From the NCBI GenBank assembly GCA_030595325.1, contig JAUVDN010000002.1, positions 705-64,704 of the forward strand: DNA of 64,000 nt, in the 5' to 3' direction. Position numbers and translations under genes: made by a program. The stretch is from Gammaproteobacteria bacterium. Lineage in GTDB: Bacteria; Pseudomonadota; Gammaproteobacteria; SZUA-229. The notes under the pieces were generated by a model. That model did not search any database. It was not told the origin of the DNA and saw nothing but the letters and a program-made list of their open reading frames with translations. Shown one piece after another: positions 28,236 through 40,936 of this stretch. Position 1 is the first letter of the stretch; each line of letters starts with the position of its first letter.

Positions 28236-29564
28236 TTAAGTTTTAAGTTTTAAGTCTTTGCAGCCTTGTCTTGCTAATAAAGCACTACCGTAGCAGGCTT
28301 CACTATTGACTGCATTTAGGATATCTATACCTGTCGTGCGGGCGCGTATTTTTGTCCATGCCGTATTTTTATTGCCGCCGCCGGTGGTAAATATTCTTCG
28401 TGGTAATGCTGCACCTAGTTCTTTAAGTTTGTTGTAGCCTTGTGCTTCGACAGCAGATATTCCTTCCAGTAATGCCTGAAAGAATTCCACATTAGAAGAG
28501 GGGCGTGGACTGATGCTACTCTGTTTGTTGCTATCATTTAACGGGAAGCGTTCGCCTGTGCCTGGTAATGGATAATAATTTAATTCGGTCGGCTGTTCAG
28601 GTTTTAGTTGTGGCATCATTTCATCGAGTTGCATTTTTGTAAAATGCTGCAATAGAACCGCACCACCTGAATTAGAAGCGCCACCCACCAGCCAGTGACC
28701 ATTTATACGGTGGCTATAGATACCATACTCAGCTGAAAAAATGGGTCTGTTGGTGAAAATTTTAATGACCAGGGTACTGCCAAGGGAGGTGACAGCATCA
28801 CCTATTTTATTTGCACCTGTTGCCAGCACTGCGGCGTTACTGTCGGTGGTGCCGGCAATAACAACACAGTCTTCAGCCAGTGCATATCTACCAATAAGTG
28901 CCGGTTTTACATTGGCAATAACCGTTCCAGGGGTAACAACTTTGGGTAATAGATTTACTGCGATAGCTGTTTCTTCGTTTGCTTGAAGCCAGTCAGGCCA
29001 TTGTTGGGTAATGCTGTCGTAACCCATTTTCAAACAATTGTTCTCATCGCTGATACCATAGAGCCCTGTCAAAGACGCAGCTAACCAGTCAGCCTGATGA
29101 CAGAAAATTTCAGTTTGTGGAAACCTCTCTAATAACAAGAGCACTTTAGCCAATGAAGAAGTTGCGCTATGCACTGCGCTTTTAGCTGGTGCAAACCGAC
29201 TGATTTTTTCAGCCTGTTTTTGACTTTGCTGATCGTTATACATCAATGCAGGTGAAAGTGCGCTGCCATCTTTTTTACAGGCGATCAGCGTACTCGATGT
29301 GCCATCAATAGAAATGGCTTTAATCTGGTGTACGGTTTCCTGTCGTTGTAACTGGTGGCTTATCTCGCTTAGTAATTCATCGAGTTGAATCAGCCAGGGC
29401 CCTGGATCTTGTTCATTGACACCATTTTGTGAAGTGTTTGAATTGCATTGACTGCTATCAAACAACAAGTGGTGTTTTATAATTTCTTCGCCATTGTCAT
29501 CGATGCAGCAGCCCCGGATGCCCGAGGTGCCTATGTCAATGCCAAGGTAAACAGCGGTGCTCAC
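28236..29564 (-). CDS. FGGY-family carbohydrate kinase
   Basis: An N-terminal LGIDIGTSGIRG actin-fold ATPase motif. 442 aa. Confidence 0.6.
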   Translation of the reverse strand: MSTAVYLGIDIGTSGIRGCCIDDNGEEIIKHHLLFDSSQCNSNTSQNGVNEQDPGPWLIQLDELLSEISHQLQRQETVHQIKAISIDGTSSTLIACKKDGSALSPALMYNDQQSQKQAEKISRFAPAKSAVHSATSSLAKVLLLLERFPQTEIFCHQADWLAASLTGLYGISDENNCLKMGYDSITQQWPDWLQANEETAIAVNLLPKVVTPGTVIANVKPALIGRYALAEDCVVIAGTTDSNAAVLATGANKIGDAVTSLGSTLVIKIFTNRPIFSAEYGIYSHRINGHWLVGGASNSGGAVLLQHFTKMQLDEMMPQLKPEQPTELNYYPLPGTGERFPLNDSNKQSSISPRPSSNVEFFQALLEGISAVEAQGYNKLKELGAALPRRIFTTGGGNKNTAWTKIRARTTGIDILNAVNSEACYGSALLARQGCKDLKLKT

Positions 29565-29576
29565 GAAAGACAGGTT

Positions 29577-29996
29577 TTAAGGCAGTGTGATAACAGCGGG
29601 TGCAACCCAGGTTGGTTTTTTATGCTCGGCGACGACGGTTGTATAAACCCCACCGCGAACATTAAATTCTGCCGTTAGACGCATAAATCGCGGATCACAA
29701 GCATTACAAAGGTCTGTAAGAATTTCGTTGGTGACTGCTTCGTGGAATGCACCTTCATCGCGAAATGACCAGATGTACATTTTCAATGATTTCAGCTCGA
29801 TACAACTTTTTTCCGGTACGTATTCCAGGTCCAGAGTAGCGAAGTCAGGCTGTCCTGTTTTCGGGCATAAGCAGGTGAATTCAGGCAGGCGGATACGAAT
29901 CGTGTAGTCACGTTCAGGGGTCGGGTTATCGAATATTTCCAGTTCTTTAGAAGGCTTTGTTGCCATGATCGGTCTCGGTGCAAATAAAGCCGACAT
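29577..29996 (-). CDS. queF: NADPH-dependent 7-cyano-7-deazaguanine reductase, unimodular type
   Basis: [11 protein letters not shown] catalytic Cys motif and the [12 protein letters not shown] QueF signature. Confidence 0.8.
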   Translation of the reverse strand: MSALFAPRPIMATKPSKELEIFDNPTPERDYTIRIRLPEFTCLCPKTGQPDFATLDLEYVPEKSCIELKSLKMYIWSFRDEGAFHEAVTNEILTDLCNACDPRFMRLTAEFNVRGGVYTTVVAEHKKPTWVAPAVITLP

Positions 29997-30219
29997 TATA
30001 CAGAATAACGCATTAATTTTATATTACTGATGAGTAATATTAATAGGTTTTAATGTTCGTGTTCTAATGAATTCAGCAGCTTACATTCGCTAATTAAACA
30101 ACTGCTAAAGCTCGTGAAATTTTCCTTAAAAAGAAGCTCAAATCGCTCTTATAATGCGGACGGAGTCATGTAAACTACGCCAAATATCTTTAAATTTATC
30201 TACTGAATTATAAAAAATA

Positions 30220-33200
30220 ATGCGTTTAAGCACGATTAAGCTCTCTGGATTTAAATCTTTCGTCGATCCAACCACAATCAATTTCCCCAGTAATTTAACA
30301 GGTATTGTTGGCCCTAATGGCTGTGGAAAATCCAATACCATTGATGCAGTGCGCTGGGTCATGGGTGAATCATCGGCTAAACATCTGCGTGGCGCTTCCA
30401 TGGATGACGTCATTTTTAATGGTTCATCATCCAGAAAACCTATTGATACTGCCTCCGTTGAGCTTATCTTTGACAACAGTGAAGGGAAGTTAGGTGGTCA
30501 ATACGCTAACTATGCTGAGATTTCAGTTAAGCGTCAGGTTACGCGCGAAGGCGCTTCGAAATACAGTTTAAATGGCACACGCTGTCGTCGTCGTGATGTT
30601 GCAGATTTATTTTTGGGCACCGGTTTAGGTCCGCGCAGTTATGCCATTATCGAGCAGGGCATGATTTCAAGATTGATTGAAGCTAAACCTGAAGAATTAC
30701 GTAGTTTTCTTGAAGAAGCAGCGGGTATATCCAAATACAAAGAACGTCGCCGTGAAACCGAAACACGGATCAGGCATACCCGTGAGAATCTTGATCGGTT
30801 GTCGGATTTACGTGAAGAGATAGAAAAACAACTTGCAAGATTGCAGCGCCAGAGCCGTAGTGCCGAGCGTTATAAAGAATTCAAACAGGATGAGCGTGAG
30901 CTAAAAGCCGAGCATCTAACATTACATTGGCGTGAACTTAAAGTTGAACTTGATGACCGTGATAAAAATATACAGAGTACAGAAACTTCTTTAGAGCAGG
31001 TTATTGCTGAGCAGCGTTCGACCGAATCGGATATTGAATCGAATAGGGAACAAGGCACCAAATCCAATGAAGTATTGAATAACGTGCAGGCTGAATATTA
31101 CCGCTTGGGCGCCGATATATCAGCAAAAGAACAGAACATTAAACATCAGCAGGATCTGTTGCAGCGTCAACAGACTGATCTACAGCAGATTGAAACAGCA
31201 CTGGCGGATGCTAGTCAGGCTATCCAGTCAGATAAACAGGCAATTGAAGAGTTTCAAAAAAATCTGTTGCAAGAAGAGCCGCAGCTAATCGTTCTGAAAA
31301 CACAGGAAGACGAGAGCACCGCATCATTCCAGCAATCTGAACAGGCGATGCAAACCTGGCAGTTACAGTGGGATGAAAGTAATCAGCGCTATTCTGCAGA
31401 AAGTCAGAAAGCGCAGATCGAACGTTCACGTATGGAACAATTGGAGCGCCACGTCGATCAGTTGAAACAACGTTTACAGAAGATTGATGTTGAGAAGCAG
31501 GCGCTACGTGGTGAGAATCTTGAAGAACAGATTTCGGATCTAAACGTTCTACTGAAAAAATCCACAGAAGAAAAAGAAACCAATGAACAGCAATTAACGG
31601 ATGCTATTTCTCAGATAAGACAAACCCGCGAAAAAATCTCAACGGTTGAGCAGCAGTCGGCCGATGTACGTCGTAATGTTCACCAGTTTCAAGGCAGCCT
31701 GTCTTCGATGGAAGCCTTGCAGGAAGCCGCACTGGGTAAAACAGATAAAGCCGCACAGCAGTGGCTGGAAAAAAGCGGTATCAATAAAAATGCACGTTTT
31801 GCAGAACAGCTGGATGTAAAGGACGGTTGGGAGCTTGCTGTTGAAACGGTATTGGGTGATACATTAGAAGCGGTTTGTGTTGATGATATCGATCAATTTT
31901 CGTCTGCATTAAGCAGTCTGGAAAACAGCAATGTTTCATTGATAGAAAAAGGTCAGTCCGCTGCGGCTACGAGCACGGTAGCGGGACTGTTGCTTGAGCA
32001 AGTGTCGTCTGCTGTTAATCTGAGCCAGTTCCTGCACGGAATACGCTGTACTGAAACATTGGACGAGGCGTTAAAAATGCGCCACTCGTTAGCCAGTGAT
32101 GAAAGTATTATTACAAAAGATGGAATCTGGTTGGGTTCTAACTGGTTGCGTATCAGTCGTGACACAGATGCCAGTACTGGTGTTCTAGCGCGTGAAAACA
32201 GTATTCGTGAATGCCAGCAGCAGTTATCTGAACTGGAAGCAAAAGCTGAAAAGTTTAATCTTGAGTTAACGGAATTACGTGGCAATTTGCAGAGCAAAGA
32301 GCAGCAGCGTGAAGAAATACAAACACAGCTAAACACTATTCATTCACGTTTGAATGAGATCAAAGCGCAAATTACAGCGCGTGAATCTCGCCATGAGCAC
32401 ATAACCAGCCGCGGTAAAGATCTTGATGCTGAGCTTGATGAGACGCAAAAATTAATCAGCAACGACGAAGCTGATGTCGATGCGGCAACAAAAAGTCGAA
32501 ATGCAGCCTTGGAAAATGCTGAAACAATGGAAGCGGACAGAAAAGTTCTGCAAGGTCAGCGTGATGAGTTACAGCAAGAATTACAGCAGCACAGAAGCAA
32601 TTTGCAGCAGCATCGTGAGCAGGCGCATCAGCTGGCTATACGTGTTGAAGGTTTAAAGACACGCTTAAGCGGTTTGCAGCATAACATTCAACGCATGGAA
32701 CAAGCGCAGACGGCACAGTTGCAGCGCAAGCAAGAACTGGAATCGCTGTTATCACAATCTACACAGCCAACAGAACAATTAGAAGCTGAATTAAAAGTGT
32801 TGTTGGGTCAGCGATTAACTACTGAAGAAGGGCTGGCAGAGGCTCGTCGTAAAGTAGAAGGCATAACGCATACACTTCGAAAACTTGAGCAGCAGCGTAG
32901 TGAGTACGAGCAAAAATCACAATTGGTACGTTCTCAGTTAGAGAAGCTTCGTCTTGATAGTCAGGAAACCCGTGTACGCAGCAAGACTACGCTGGAGCAA
33001 TTGGATGAAACTGGTTTTGAATTAGACGTAGTACTGGCAACACTGCGCGAATTAGAGTCGGATGATAATCTGGCGACGAGTAAGCAGTGGGAGTCTCGAC
33101 TGGCTGAAGTGGCACAGAAAATATCACGTCTGGGACCAATCAATCTGGCCGCTATCGATGAATATAAAGAGCAGTTACAACGCAAAGAATATCTGGATGA

Positions 33201-33750
33201 TCAGGATAAAGACGTCAATGCGGCGTTAGCAATCTTAGAAGAAGCTATCGCTAAAATTGATAAAGAGACACGTACTCGATTTAAAGATACATTTGATCAT
33301 GTGAATTCGCGTATCAAGGATATGTTCCCTAAATTATTCGGTGGCGGCATCGCTTATCTTGAGATGACGGGCGATGATTTGTTGAGCACGGGTGTTACAA
33401 TCATGGCAAGACCACCGGGTAAGCGAATTTCAAATATTCACCTGATGTCGGGTGGTGAGAAAGCATTAACCGCAGTCGCGTTAGTCTTTGCGATTTTTGA
33501 GTTGAATCCTGCGCCATTTTGTATGCTTGATGAAGTTGATGCACCGCTCGATGAAGCCAATGTTGGCAGATTCTGTCAATTGGTTAAAGAAATGTCATCA
33601 CGTGTGCAGTTTATTTTTATCACGCATAATAAGACGACGATGGAGATTTCAGAACATCTAAGTGGTGTAACAATGCGTGAGTCAGGCGTCTCTCGTCTGG
33701 TATCGGTTGATGTTGCTGAAGCAGCAACGATGGCGGGTGTAGGAGCGTAG
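30220..33750 (+). CDS. smc: Chromosome segregation protein SMC
   Basis: 1176 aa. N-terminal Walker A (GPNGCGKSN), long coiled coils, a hinge, and a C-terminal LSGGEKALTAVALVFAIF...LDEVDAPLD. Confidence 0.92.
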   Translation: MRLSTIKLSGFKSFVDPTTINFPSNLTGIVGPNGCGKSNTIDAVRWVMGESSAKHLRGASMDDVIFNGSSSRKPIDTASVELIFDNSEGKLGGQYANYAEISVKRQVTREGASKYSLNGTRCRRRDVADLFLGTGLGPRSYAIIEQGMISRLIEAKPEELRSFLEEAAGISKYKERRRETETRIRHTRENLDRLSDLREEIEKQLARLQRQSRSAERYKEFKQDERELKAEHLTLHWRELKVELDDRDKNIQSTETSLEQVIAEQRSTESDIESNREQGTKSNEVLNNVQAEYYRLGADISAKEQNIKHQQDLLQRQQTDLQQIETALADASQAIQSDKQAIEEFQKNLLQEEPQLIVLKTQEDESTASFQQSEQAMQTWQLQWDESNQRYSAESQKAQIERSRMEQLERHVDQLKQRLQKIDVEKQALRGENLEEQISDLNVLLKKSTEEKETNEQQLTDAISQIRQTREKISTVEQQSADVRRNVHQFQGSLSSMEALQEAALGKTDKAAQQWLEKSGINKNARFAEQLDVKDGWELAVETVLGDTLEAVCVDDIDQFSSALSSLENSNVSLIEKGQSAAATSTVAGLLLEQVSSAVNLSQFLHGIRCTETLDEALKMRHSLASDESIITKDGIWLGSNWLRISRDTDASTGVLARENSIRECQQQLSELEAKAEKFNLELTELRGNLQSKEQQREEIQTQLNTIHSRLNEIKAQITARESRHEHITSRGKDLDAELDETQKLISNDEADVDAATKSRNAALENAETMEADRKVLQGQRDELQQELQQHRSNLQQHREQAHQLAIRVEGLKTRLSGLQHNIQRMEQAQTAQLQRKQELESLLSQSTQPTEQLEAELKVLLGQRLTTEEGLAEARRKVEGITHTLRKLEQQRSEYEQKSQLVRSQLEKLRLDSQETRVRSKTTLEQLDETGFELDVVLATLRELESDDNLATSKQWESRLAEVAQKISRLGPINLAAIDEYKEQLQRKEYLDDQDKDVNAALAILEEAIAKIDKETRTRFKDTFDHVNSRIKDMFPKLFGGGIAYLEMTGDDLLSTGVTIMARPPGKRISNIHLMSGGEKALTAVALVFAIFELNPAPFCMLDEVDAPLDEANVGRFCQLVKEMSSRVQFIFITHNKTTMEISEHLSGVTMRESGVSRLVSVDVAEAATMAGVGA

Positions 33751-33752
33751 GG

Positions 33753-34517
33753 GTGGAATCACTGCGCTGGATATTACTCGTTGCGGGCATCGCCTTTGTA
33801 TTGGTAATTTTTATCTTAGGTAACAGTCGGCGTCAGCGGAACCGTTCGGCTGTAGATGAGCTAGAAGATGATTTGCCTGAATTTTCTGCACAATCACTTG
33901 ATGATATGGATGAAGGTGTTGGTGAAGTAAGGGTTGTAACGAGTTCCGGTAATGGCTTAGAGCAAGACTCGGATGATGAATCTGCTGCTTCAGATATCTT
34001 TGTTGATGGCGTTAATGACAACACTAATGGTAGCATTAATGAAACAACTGAAGATTCTATAGAGGGTGAAACCGCTACCGCGGATAACAATCCGTCTGAT
34101 ATTGTTGTTTTATATATTCTTCCTAAACCGGATGAAATGCTTTTAGGTGCAGAAATTAATAGTTCTGCTCAGGCCATGGGGCTCTCTTTTGGTGAGATGA
34201 ATATCTTTCATTTTATTCGAGGTGACCGTAATGTATTTAGTCTGGCCAACATGCTGGAGCCAGGCTCATTTGATGCAGATACAATTCATGATTTAAAAAC
34301 CACGGGATTAACTGTATTTATGCAGTTTTCAGGTGATGATCCGTTAGATGATTTGACCGAAATGCTACAGCGTACCTATCAATTGGCTGGTCTGCTTGGT
34401 GCGTGTCTGTGTAACCATAAGCGTGAGCCGTTAACGGAGCAGGATGCAGAAAATTATCGTGCAAAGGTTAATGACTTTATTGCTAATCAATCACCAGAGT
34501 TATCAACTGAAGCCTAA
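33753..34517 (+). CDS. zipA: Cell division protein ZipA
   Basis: An N-terminal TM segment and an acidic linker. The C-terminal domain (MNIFHFIRGD...FSLANMLEPGSFD...TGLTVFMQF) matches the E. coli ZipA FtsZ-binding domain. The gene is positioned upstream of ligA. Confidence 0.8.
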   Translation: MESLRWILLVAGIAFVLVIFILGNSRRQRNRSAVDELEDDLPEFSAQSLDDMDEGVGEVRVVTSSGNGLEQDSDDESAASDIFVDGVNDNTNGSINETTEDSIEGETATADNNPSDIVVLYILPKPDEMLLGAEINSSAQAMGLSFGEMNIFHFIRGDRNVFSLANMLEPGSFDADTIHDLKTTGLTVFMQFSGDDPLDDLTEMLQRTYQLAGLLGACLCNHKREPLTEQDAENYRAKVNDFIANQSPELSTEA

Positions 34518-34560
34518 ACTAAGTCTTCACCTAATGGCTATCGTGGCAAAAAATAATTAG

Positions 34561-36579
<2,019 letters not shown>

Positions 36580-36627
36580 TTGATTGCATAATTTAAATAA
36601 TGCATTCAATTAATATCTAGTCCTAAT

Positions 36628-37644
36628 CTAGCCGTGTCTTATTTTTTTTAACGGGTGCTGATTCAGGTATGCATCTAATCCAGGGAAATTTCTTGTGCCG
36701 TTATTCTGTGGTGGTCTGCGACGCAACATACTGAAGTCATTCGCATTTAGAACACGTTTTAGCCTGGCCTGATTTTGTCCTAGGCCATTGATGTAATGTT
36801 TTTCACCTTCGAAGTGTGCAACTTCATAACCATAGACTTTATTGAACAATGTGTTTAACCGTTTCTCTACCTCATTTGAATAAAAGGCAGGTGTCTTACG
36901 CAGCAGGTCTTCACCTGATTCGAATAAAATAACTTCATTGCCCTTGTCATCGACAGTAACGGTCATACCGCCAAGAACGAACTCAGGGTATAAGCGATCA
37001 CGGCATTTTTCAAGATAGCAACGATCTGACATCTGTGCGATTAAGTCAGCTGAGCCTAGCATCTGGCCGAGTAGGTGCCATCTATCGTCAGGTAGGCGAA
37101 TATTCTTCGGTGCTATTTCATAACCGGTGTAATGCACCATGTTGGCTGAAATTTGTGCATATTTTCCCATGTTGACCTTATGCAGGTAACGTTTTAAAAA
37201 ATCGGCACTGCGTGAGACGTGAACAGGTGTGTATTCCGCACCGTTAAAGTGTCGGCGATCACGTTGGTGTCGAATATAACCGGAATCGTGATACAGGGCG
37301 GTGATGATGGCAATTACAGCGCGTTCTGCGCCAATGCGCTGGTCTTTGGCAACACTGCGCTCGTGACCGCTGATAAGACGTGCTAATGCCAACGTCATAT
37401 CCATAGAATGCTGTTTGTCGTGATATAAAGCATCACAGGCTAAATATGTTGGGTAATCACCTTCAAATAAACGCTCACAGTCATCGAATGCCTGCTTTAG
37501 TGCTACTTCATTAAAGGAGTTAAATACACTGCGAAAGATAGTGGACACAGCGTCGTGCACGCTATCTGCGTAAGTGAGTTTTACATTATCCGTAATGTCA
37601 TATTCTGAGCGCCTTTCTTTCATATCGCTTTTCAAATGTGTCAT
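36628..37644 (-). CDS. Hypothetical protein, possible HD-domain phosphohydrolase
   Basis: H...HD-like motifs (ALYHDKQH and ALYHDSGYIRH). The assignment is weak. Confidence 0.35.
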   Translation of the reverse strand: MTHLKSDMKERRSEYDITDNVKLTYADSVHDAVSTIFRSVFNSFNEVALKQAFDDCERLFEGDYPTYLACDALYHDKQHSMDMTLALARLISGHERSVAKDQRIGAERAVIAIITALYHDSGYIRHQRDRRHFNGAEYTPVHVSRSADFLKRYLHKVNMGKYAQISANMVHYTGYEIAPKNIRLPDDRWHLLGQMLGSADLIAQMSDRCYLEKCRDRLYPEFVLGGMTVTVDDKGNEVILFESGEDLLRKTPAFYSNEVEKRLNTLFNKVYGYEVAHFEGEKHYINGLGQNQARLKRVLNANDFSMLRRRPPQNNGTRNFPGLDAYLNQHPLKKIRHG

Positions 37645-37783
37645 TGTTAATACACTGTCCTTTGCAAGAAAAGACCTACATCCTTGTGGGCATAATATAT
37701 TTATAGACGAAATTCACAAAATTGCACAGCGACAGTGTCTGGAACTGTGAACCAGTTCATGTTTTTAAGCTATCGCAGTGTGC

Positions 37784-39988
37784 CTATTTTGAGGTGTGGG
37801 TGAAGCTGCCGTCCCAGTCTGCATCAGGAGGGGTTTCACGGTAATGCATGATACGATCGAGGTAAATTTTATAAATCTTGCGGTCTGGGTCTAGCTGACT
37901 GAGGCCAAAGATTTCTCTTTCAGCCGCGTCCCAGTTCTGTGCGCGGTACTGCTTAATACCGATATGGAATTGCTTGAGCAGTTTTCGGTCAGATTTTGAA
38001 ATATTTTCCAATAAACCCAGTGGTTCGTAGATGGTAACGGGTTTCTTTTTACCCTTAACGCGTACCCGATCGAGTTCGCGGAATTCAAATTCTGGAACTT
38101 CGTGGCGGGTGAATTCACTGGTGATGATATCCACACCGTAGATTTTGGTTAAGCCTTCAAGCCGTGAGCCGAGGTTCACGGAATCACCTAGTACGGTGTA
38201 ATCCACCCGGAACTCTGAACCTTTGTTACCGACATTCATGATTCCGCTACTTACACCGACGCCAACATATATTTCTGGCCACTGTTTTTCGGAAAATTCC
38301 TTTCTTAAGGGGGTCATGCGCTCGACGACGTCGATGGCCGCATTTAGCGCGTGCAGAGCATGCTGCTTATCATCTAGTGGGGCTCCCCAGAATGCCATAA
38401 CGCAATCGCCCATGTATTTATCTATGGTGCCGCGATTGTCATGAATAACCTTTGTAATCGGCGTTAAGAATGCATTGATGTAATCGGTTAGCTCTTTTGG
38501 TTCCAGACCTTCAGAGATAGTGGTAAAACCACGCACATCAGAAAATAAAACAGACATTTCGCGCATTTCACCATCGAGACTGATTTCTTCCATCTTTACA
38601 CTTATTTCATCAACCAGTTCCGGTGGTACGTATTGACCGAAGAGGTGAGCGAGTCGTCGTTTACCACGTGATTCAACGAAGAAGCCATAGGTCATCTGCA
38701 GAGCAAACAACATAACAACGAGTACGACGGATGAAGCTATGGGCAGTACAAGTTGCGCGCTCGTCCAGGCGTAAAAATTAGTGCCGATTAACAGGAGGAT
38801 ACTGCCAATGATAATCAGTGTGGAAAACAGTGCAGAGAGCATTGGCAAGGTGAAAGTCAGGAGGATACCTATAGCGATGATTAAAATAAATTCAAAGCCT
38901 TGCGTGTAACCTGGTGCGTGTAATATTCGTCCATCGAGTATGCCCTGAATGATATTGGCATGCACTTCAACTCCTGGATAAGCAGGTTCGAGAGGAATGG
39001 TTCGCAGATCGAGTAAACCTGGTGCAGAAGTACCAAAGAGTGCAATTTTTCCTTGTAGCTTTGTTTTATCCGCTATTTTATTTAAGACGTCACTTGCTGA
39101 AATATAATCGAAGCTTTTTTGTCTGCCGATGTAAGGGACCAGTATGCCGGATTGATGGTCGACCGGGATGGCTAGTTCACCGATAGTTATCCATTCCAGA
39201 AAAAGATCGTAGGTATCACTGGTTTCTACAACCAGTTCTATAGGCGGTTGACCGGAAGCGACTCTTGCTAAAGCTAAAGCCAGCGACTCATGTAATTCAT
39301 TTTCATATGTCTGCAGTAGTGGTACACGTCTAAACACACCGTCGTCATCTAATAATGGGTTATTGAAAAAACCGCCACTGTAGGCGCTATCCTGAAGCAC
39401 TTTCAGGTTTGCGGTATAACCAACCGTTTTATTTACGGCTAGTTTAGAGAGAATATTTTTATCCAGTTTGGTTATAGCAGTGGGCAGGCCACCTTTTTTT
39501 GTATCGGTGTCCATCACGAAACCCATGACAGTTTTTCTGTCTCTTAAGGATTCTGCAAAACGCAGGTCGTGTTGTAGTGAGGGCATCACCTGATTGTATT
39601 CTTCGATAAATAGAGGGTCGTCCTTCAGCGAACCTTTTGCCATCTTATCGAGCAACTTGGCACCTTCATCGACATCTTCTTCGGCAAACACGATATCGTA
39701 ACCGATGGTTGTAATCTCGTAGTGATCAAATAGAGCATCATTTATTTTTGCGAGAATATTACGGTTCCATGGCCATTGTCCTATTACTTCAAGACTCTTT
39801 TCATCGATATCGATGATGATTACTTTCTTATCGACGTTTTCTGGCAGGGTGATTTTGAGTCGCGCATCATAAGCCTGATTTTCCAGGCTGGTTAAAATCG
39901 GGATATGGATTATATTTCCTACGTGAAGCAGAAATACAAGCGTAAGCAAAAGACTTAATGCGTATCGAATAATTCGTTGAATATCCAC
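37784..39988 (-). CDS. CHASE2-sensor class III adenylate/guanylate cyclase
   Basis: An N-terminal TM helix, a large extracytoplasmic region, a TM cluster, then a cyclase homology domain (FSDVRGFTTISE...GDCVMAFWGAP). Confidence 0.75.
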   Translation of the reverse strand: MDIQRIIRYALSLLLTLVFLLHVGNIIHIPILTSLENQAYDARLKITLPENVDKKVIIIDIDEKSLEVIGQWPWNRNILAKINDALFDHYEITTIGYDIVFAEEDVDEGAKLLDKMAKGSLKDDPLFIEEYNQVMPSLQHDLRFAESLRDRKTVMGFVMDTDTKKGGLPTAITKLDKNILSKLAVNKTVGYTANLKVLQDSAYSGGFFNNPLLDDDGVFRRVPLLQTYENELHESLALALARVASGQPPIELVVETSDTYDLFLEWITIGELAIPVDHQSGILVPYIGRQKSFDYISASDVLNKIADKTKLQGKIALFGTSAPGLLDLRTIPLEPAYPGVEVHANIIQGILDGRILHAPGYTQGFEFILIIAIGILLTFTLPMLSALFSTLIIIGSILLLIGTNFYAWTSAQLVLPIASSVVLVVMLFALQMTYGFFVESRGKRRLAHLFGQYVPPELVDEISVKMEEISLDGEMREMSVLFSDVRGFTTISEGLEPKELTDYINAFLTPITKVIHDNRGTIDKYMGDCVMAFWGAPLDDKQHALHALNAAIDVVERMTPLRKEFSEKQWPEIYVGVGVSSGIMNVGNKGSEFRVDYTVLGDSVNLGSRLEGLTKIYGVDIITSEFTRHEVPEFEFRELDRVRVKGKKKPVTIYEPLGLLENISKSDRKLLKQFHIGIKQYRAQNWDAAEREIFGLSQLDPDRKIYKIYLDRIMHYRETPPDADWDGSFTHTSK

Positions 39989-40152
39989 GGGGTATCCCTG
40001 ATTGTTGTTTTTATTAAGATGCTTTTTTTATTGATACTAGGAAAGTAGCAAAAAATGCTGGGTAAAGCTATGAATACAGCAGATGTTGCATATTTTATGT
40101 AGAATTACGGTGATAATGGTGCAAATAATTTTGGGGTGACCTTAGAGTGAAA

Positions 40153-40884
40153 ATGAATGAGTTATTGTTAGGCGTAAATATTGACCATGTAGCAACGTTA
40201 AGGCAGGCCAGAGGTACGCGTTACCCCGATCCAGTTCACGCGGCACTGCAAGTTGAGCAGGCCGGTGCAGACAGCATAACTTTGCATCTTCGTGAAGATC
40301 GTCGCCACATTCAGGATAGAGATGTATACCTGTTAAAAGAGCGCATGCTGACACGTATGAATCTTGAGATGGCGGTTACCGACGAAATGGTAAAGATTGC
40401 CTGTGATGTGAAGCCAGAAGACTGCTGCCTGGTTCCAGAGAAACGCGAAGAGCTGACAACAGAAGGTGGTCTGGATGTTATTCGTTACGAAGCATCGATA
40501 ACAGATGCCTGTGTACAACTGGCTGATGCTGGGATTAAGGTTTCATTGTTTATTGACGCCGATCTAAAACAGATTGATGCGGCGAAGCGGACAGGTGCAC
40601 CTGTTATCGAAATTCATACCGGGCATTACGCCGATGCAGAAAATCATGCCACGCAGCAGCAACTGCTTAACGACATTATCGTGTCGAGTGAACATGCAGA
40701 TAATATCGGCTTACAAGTTAATGCCGGGCATGGTTTGAACAGGCAGAATATTCATGCGATTGCAGGACTGCAAGTTATACGGGAATTAAATATTGGTCAC
40801 GCGATTATTGCAGATAGTGTGTTTATGGGGCTTGATAAAACCATACGTGAATATAAAAAATTAATGTTTGATGCTAGGAGTTAA
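40153..40884 (+). CDS. pdxJ: Pyridoxine 5'-phosphate synthase
   Basis: [28 protein letters not shown] matches E. coli PdxJ ([28 protein letters not shown]). The track ORF starts 6 nt earlier. Confidence 0.92.
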   Translation: MNELLLGVNIDHVATLRQARGTRYPDPVHAALQVEQAGADSITLHLREDRRHIQDRDVYLLKERMLTRMNLEMAVTDEMVKIACDVKPEDCCLVPEKREELTTEGGLDVIRYEASITDACVQLADAGIKVSLFIDADLKQIDAAKRTGAPVIEIHTGHYADAENHATQQQLLNDIIVSSEHADNIGLQVNAGHGLNRQNIHAIAGLQVIRELNIGHAIIADSVFMGLDKTIREYKKLMFDARS

Positions 40885-40899
40885 TGATCGCTTGCTTGC

Positions 40900-40936
40900 T
40901 GTGTCACCTAGATGTGTCACTTAGATGTGTCTCTAG
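40900..40936. repeat. Short tandem repeat (GATGTGTCAC/T-TA) x3 between convergent pdxJ and histidine-kinase genes
   Basis: The sequence reads tgtcacctagatgtgtcacttagatgtgtctctag. Confidence 0.6.

Noticed and set aside
29997-30219. preQ1 riboswitch upstream of queF
   Set aside because: Reading the queF upstream region on the minus strand shows a plausible sigma-70 -10 element but nothing resembling the compact preQ1-I aptamer.
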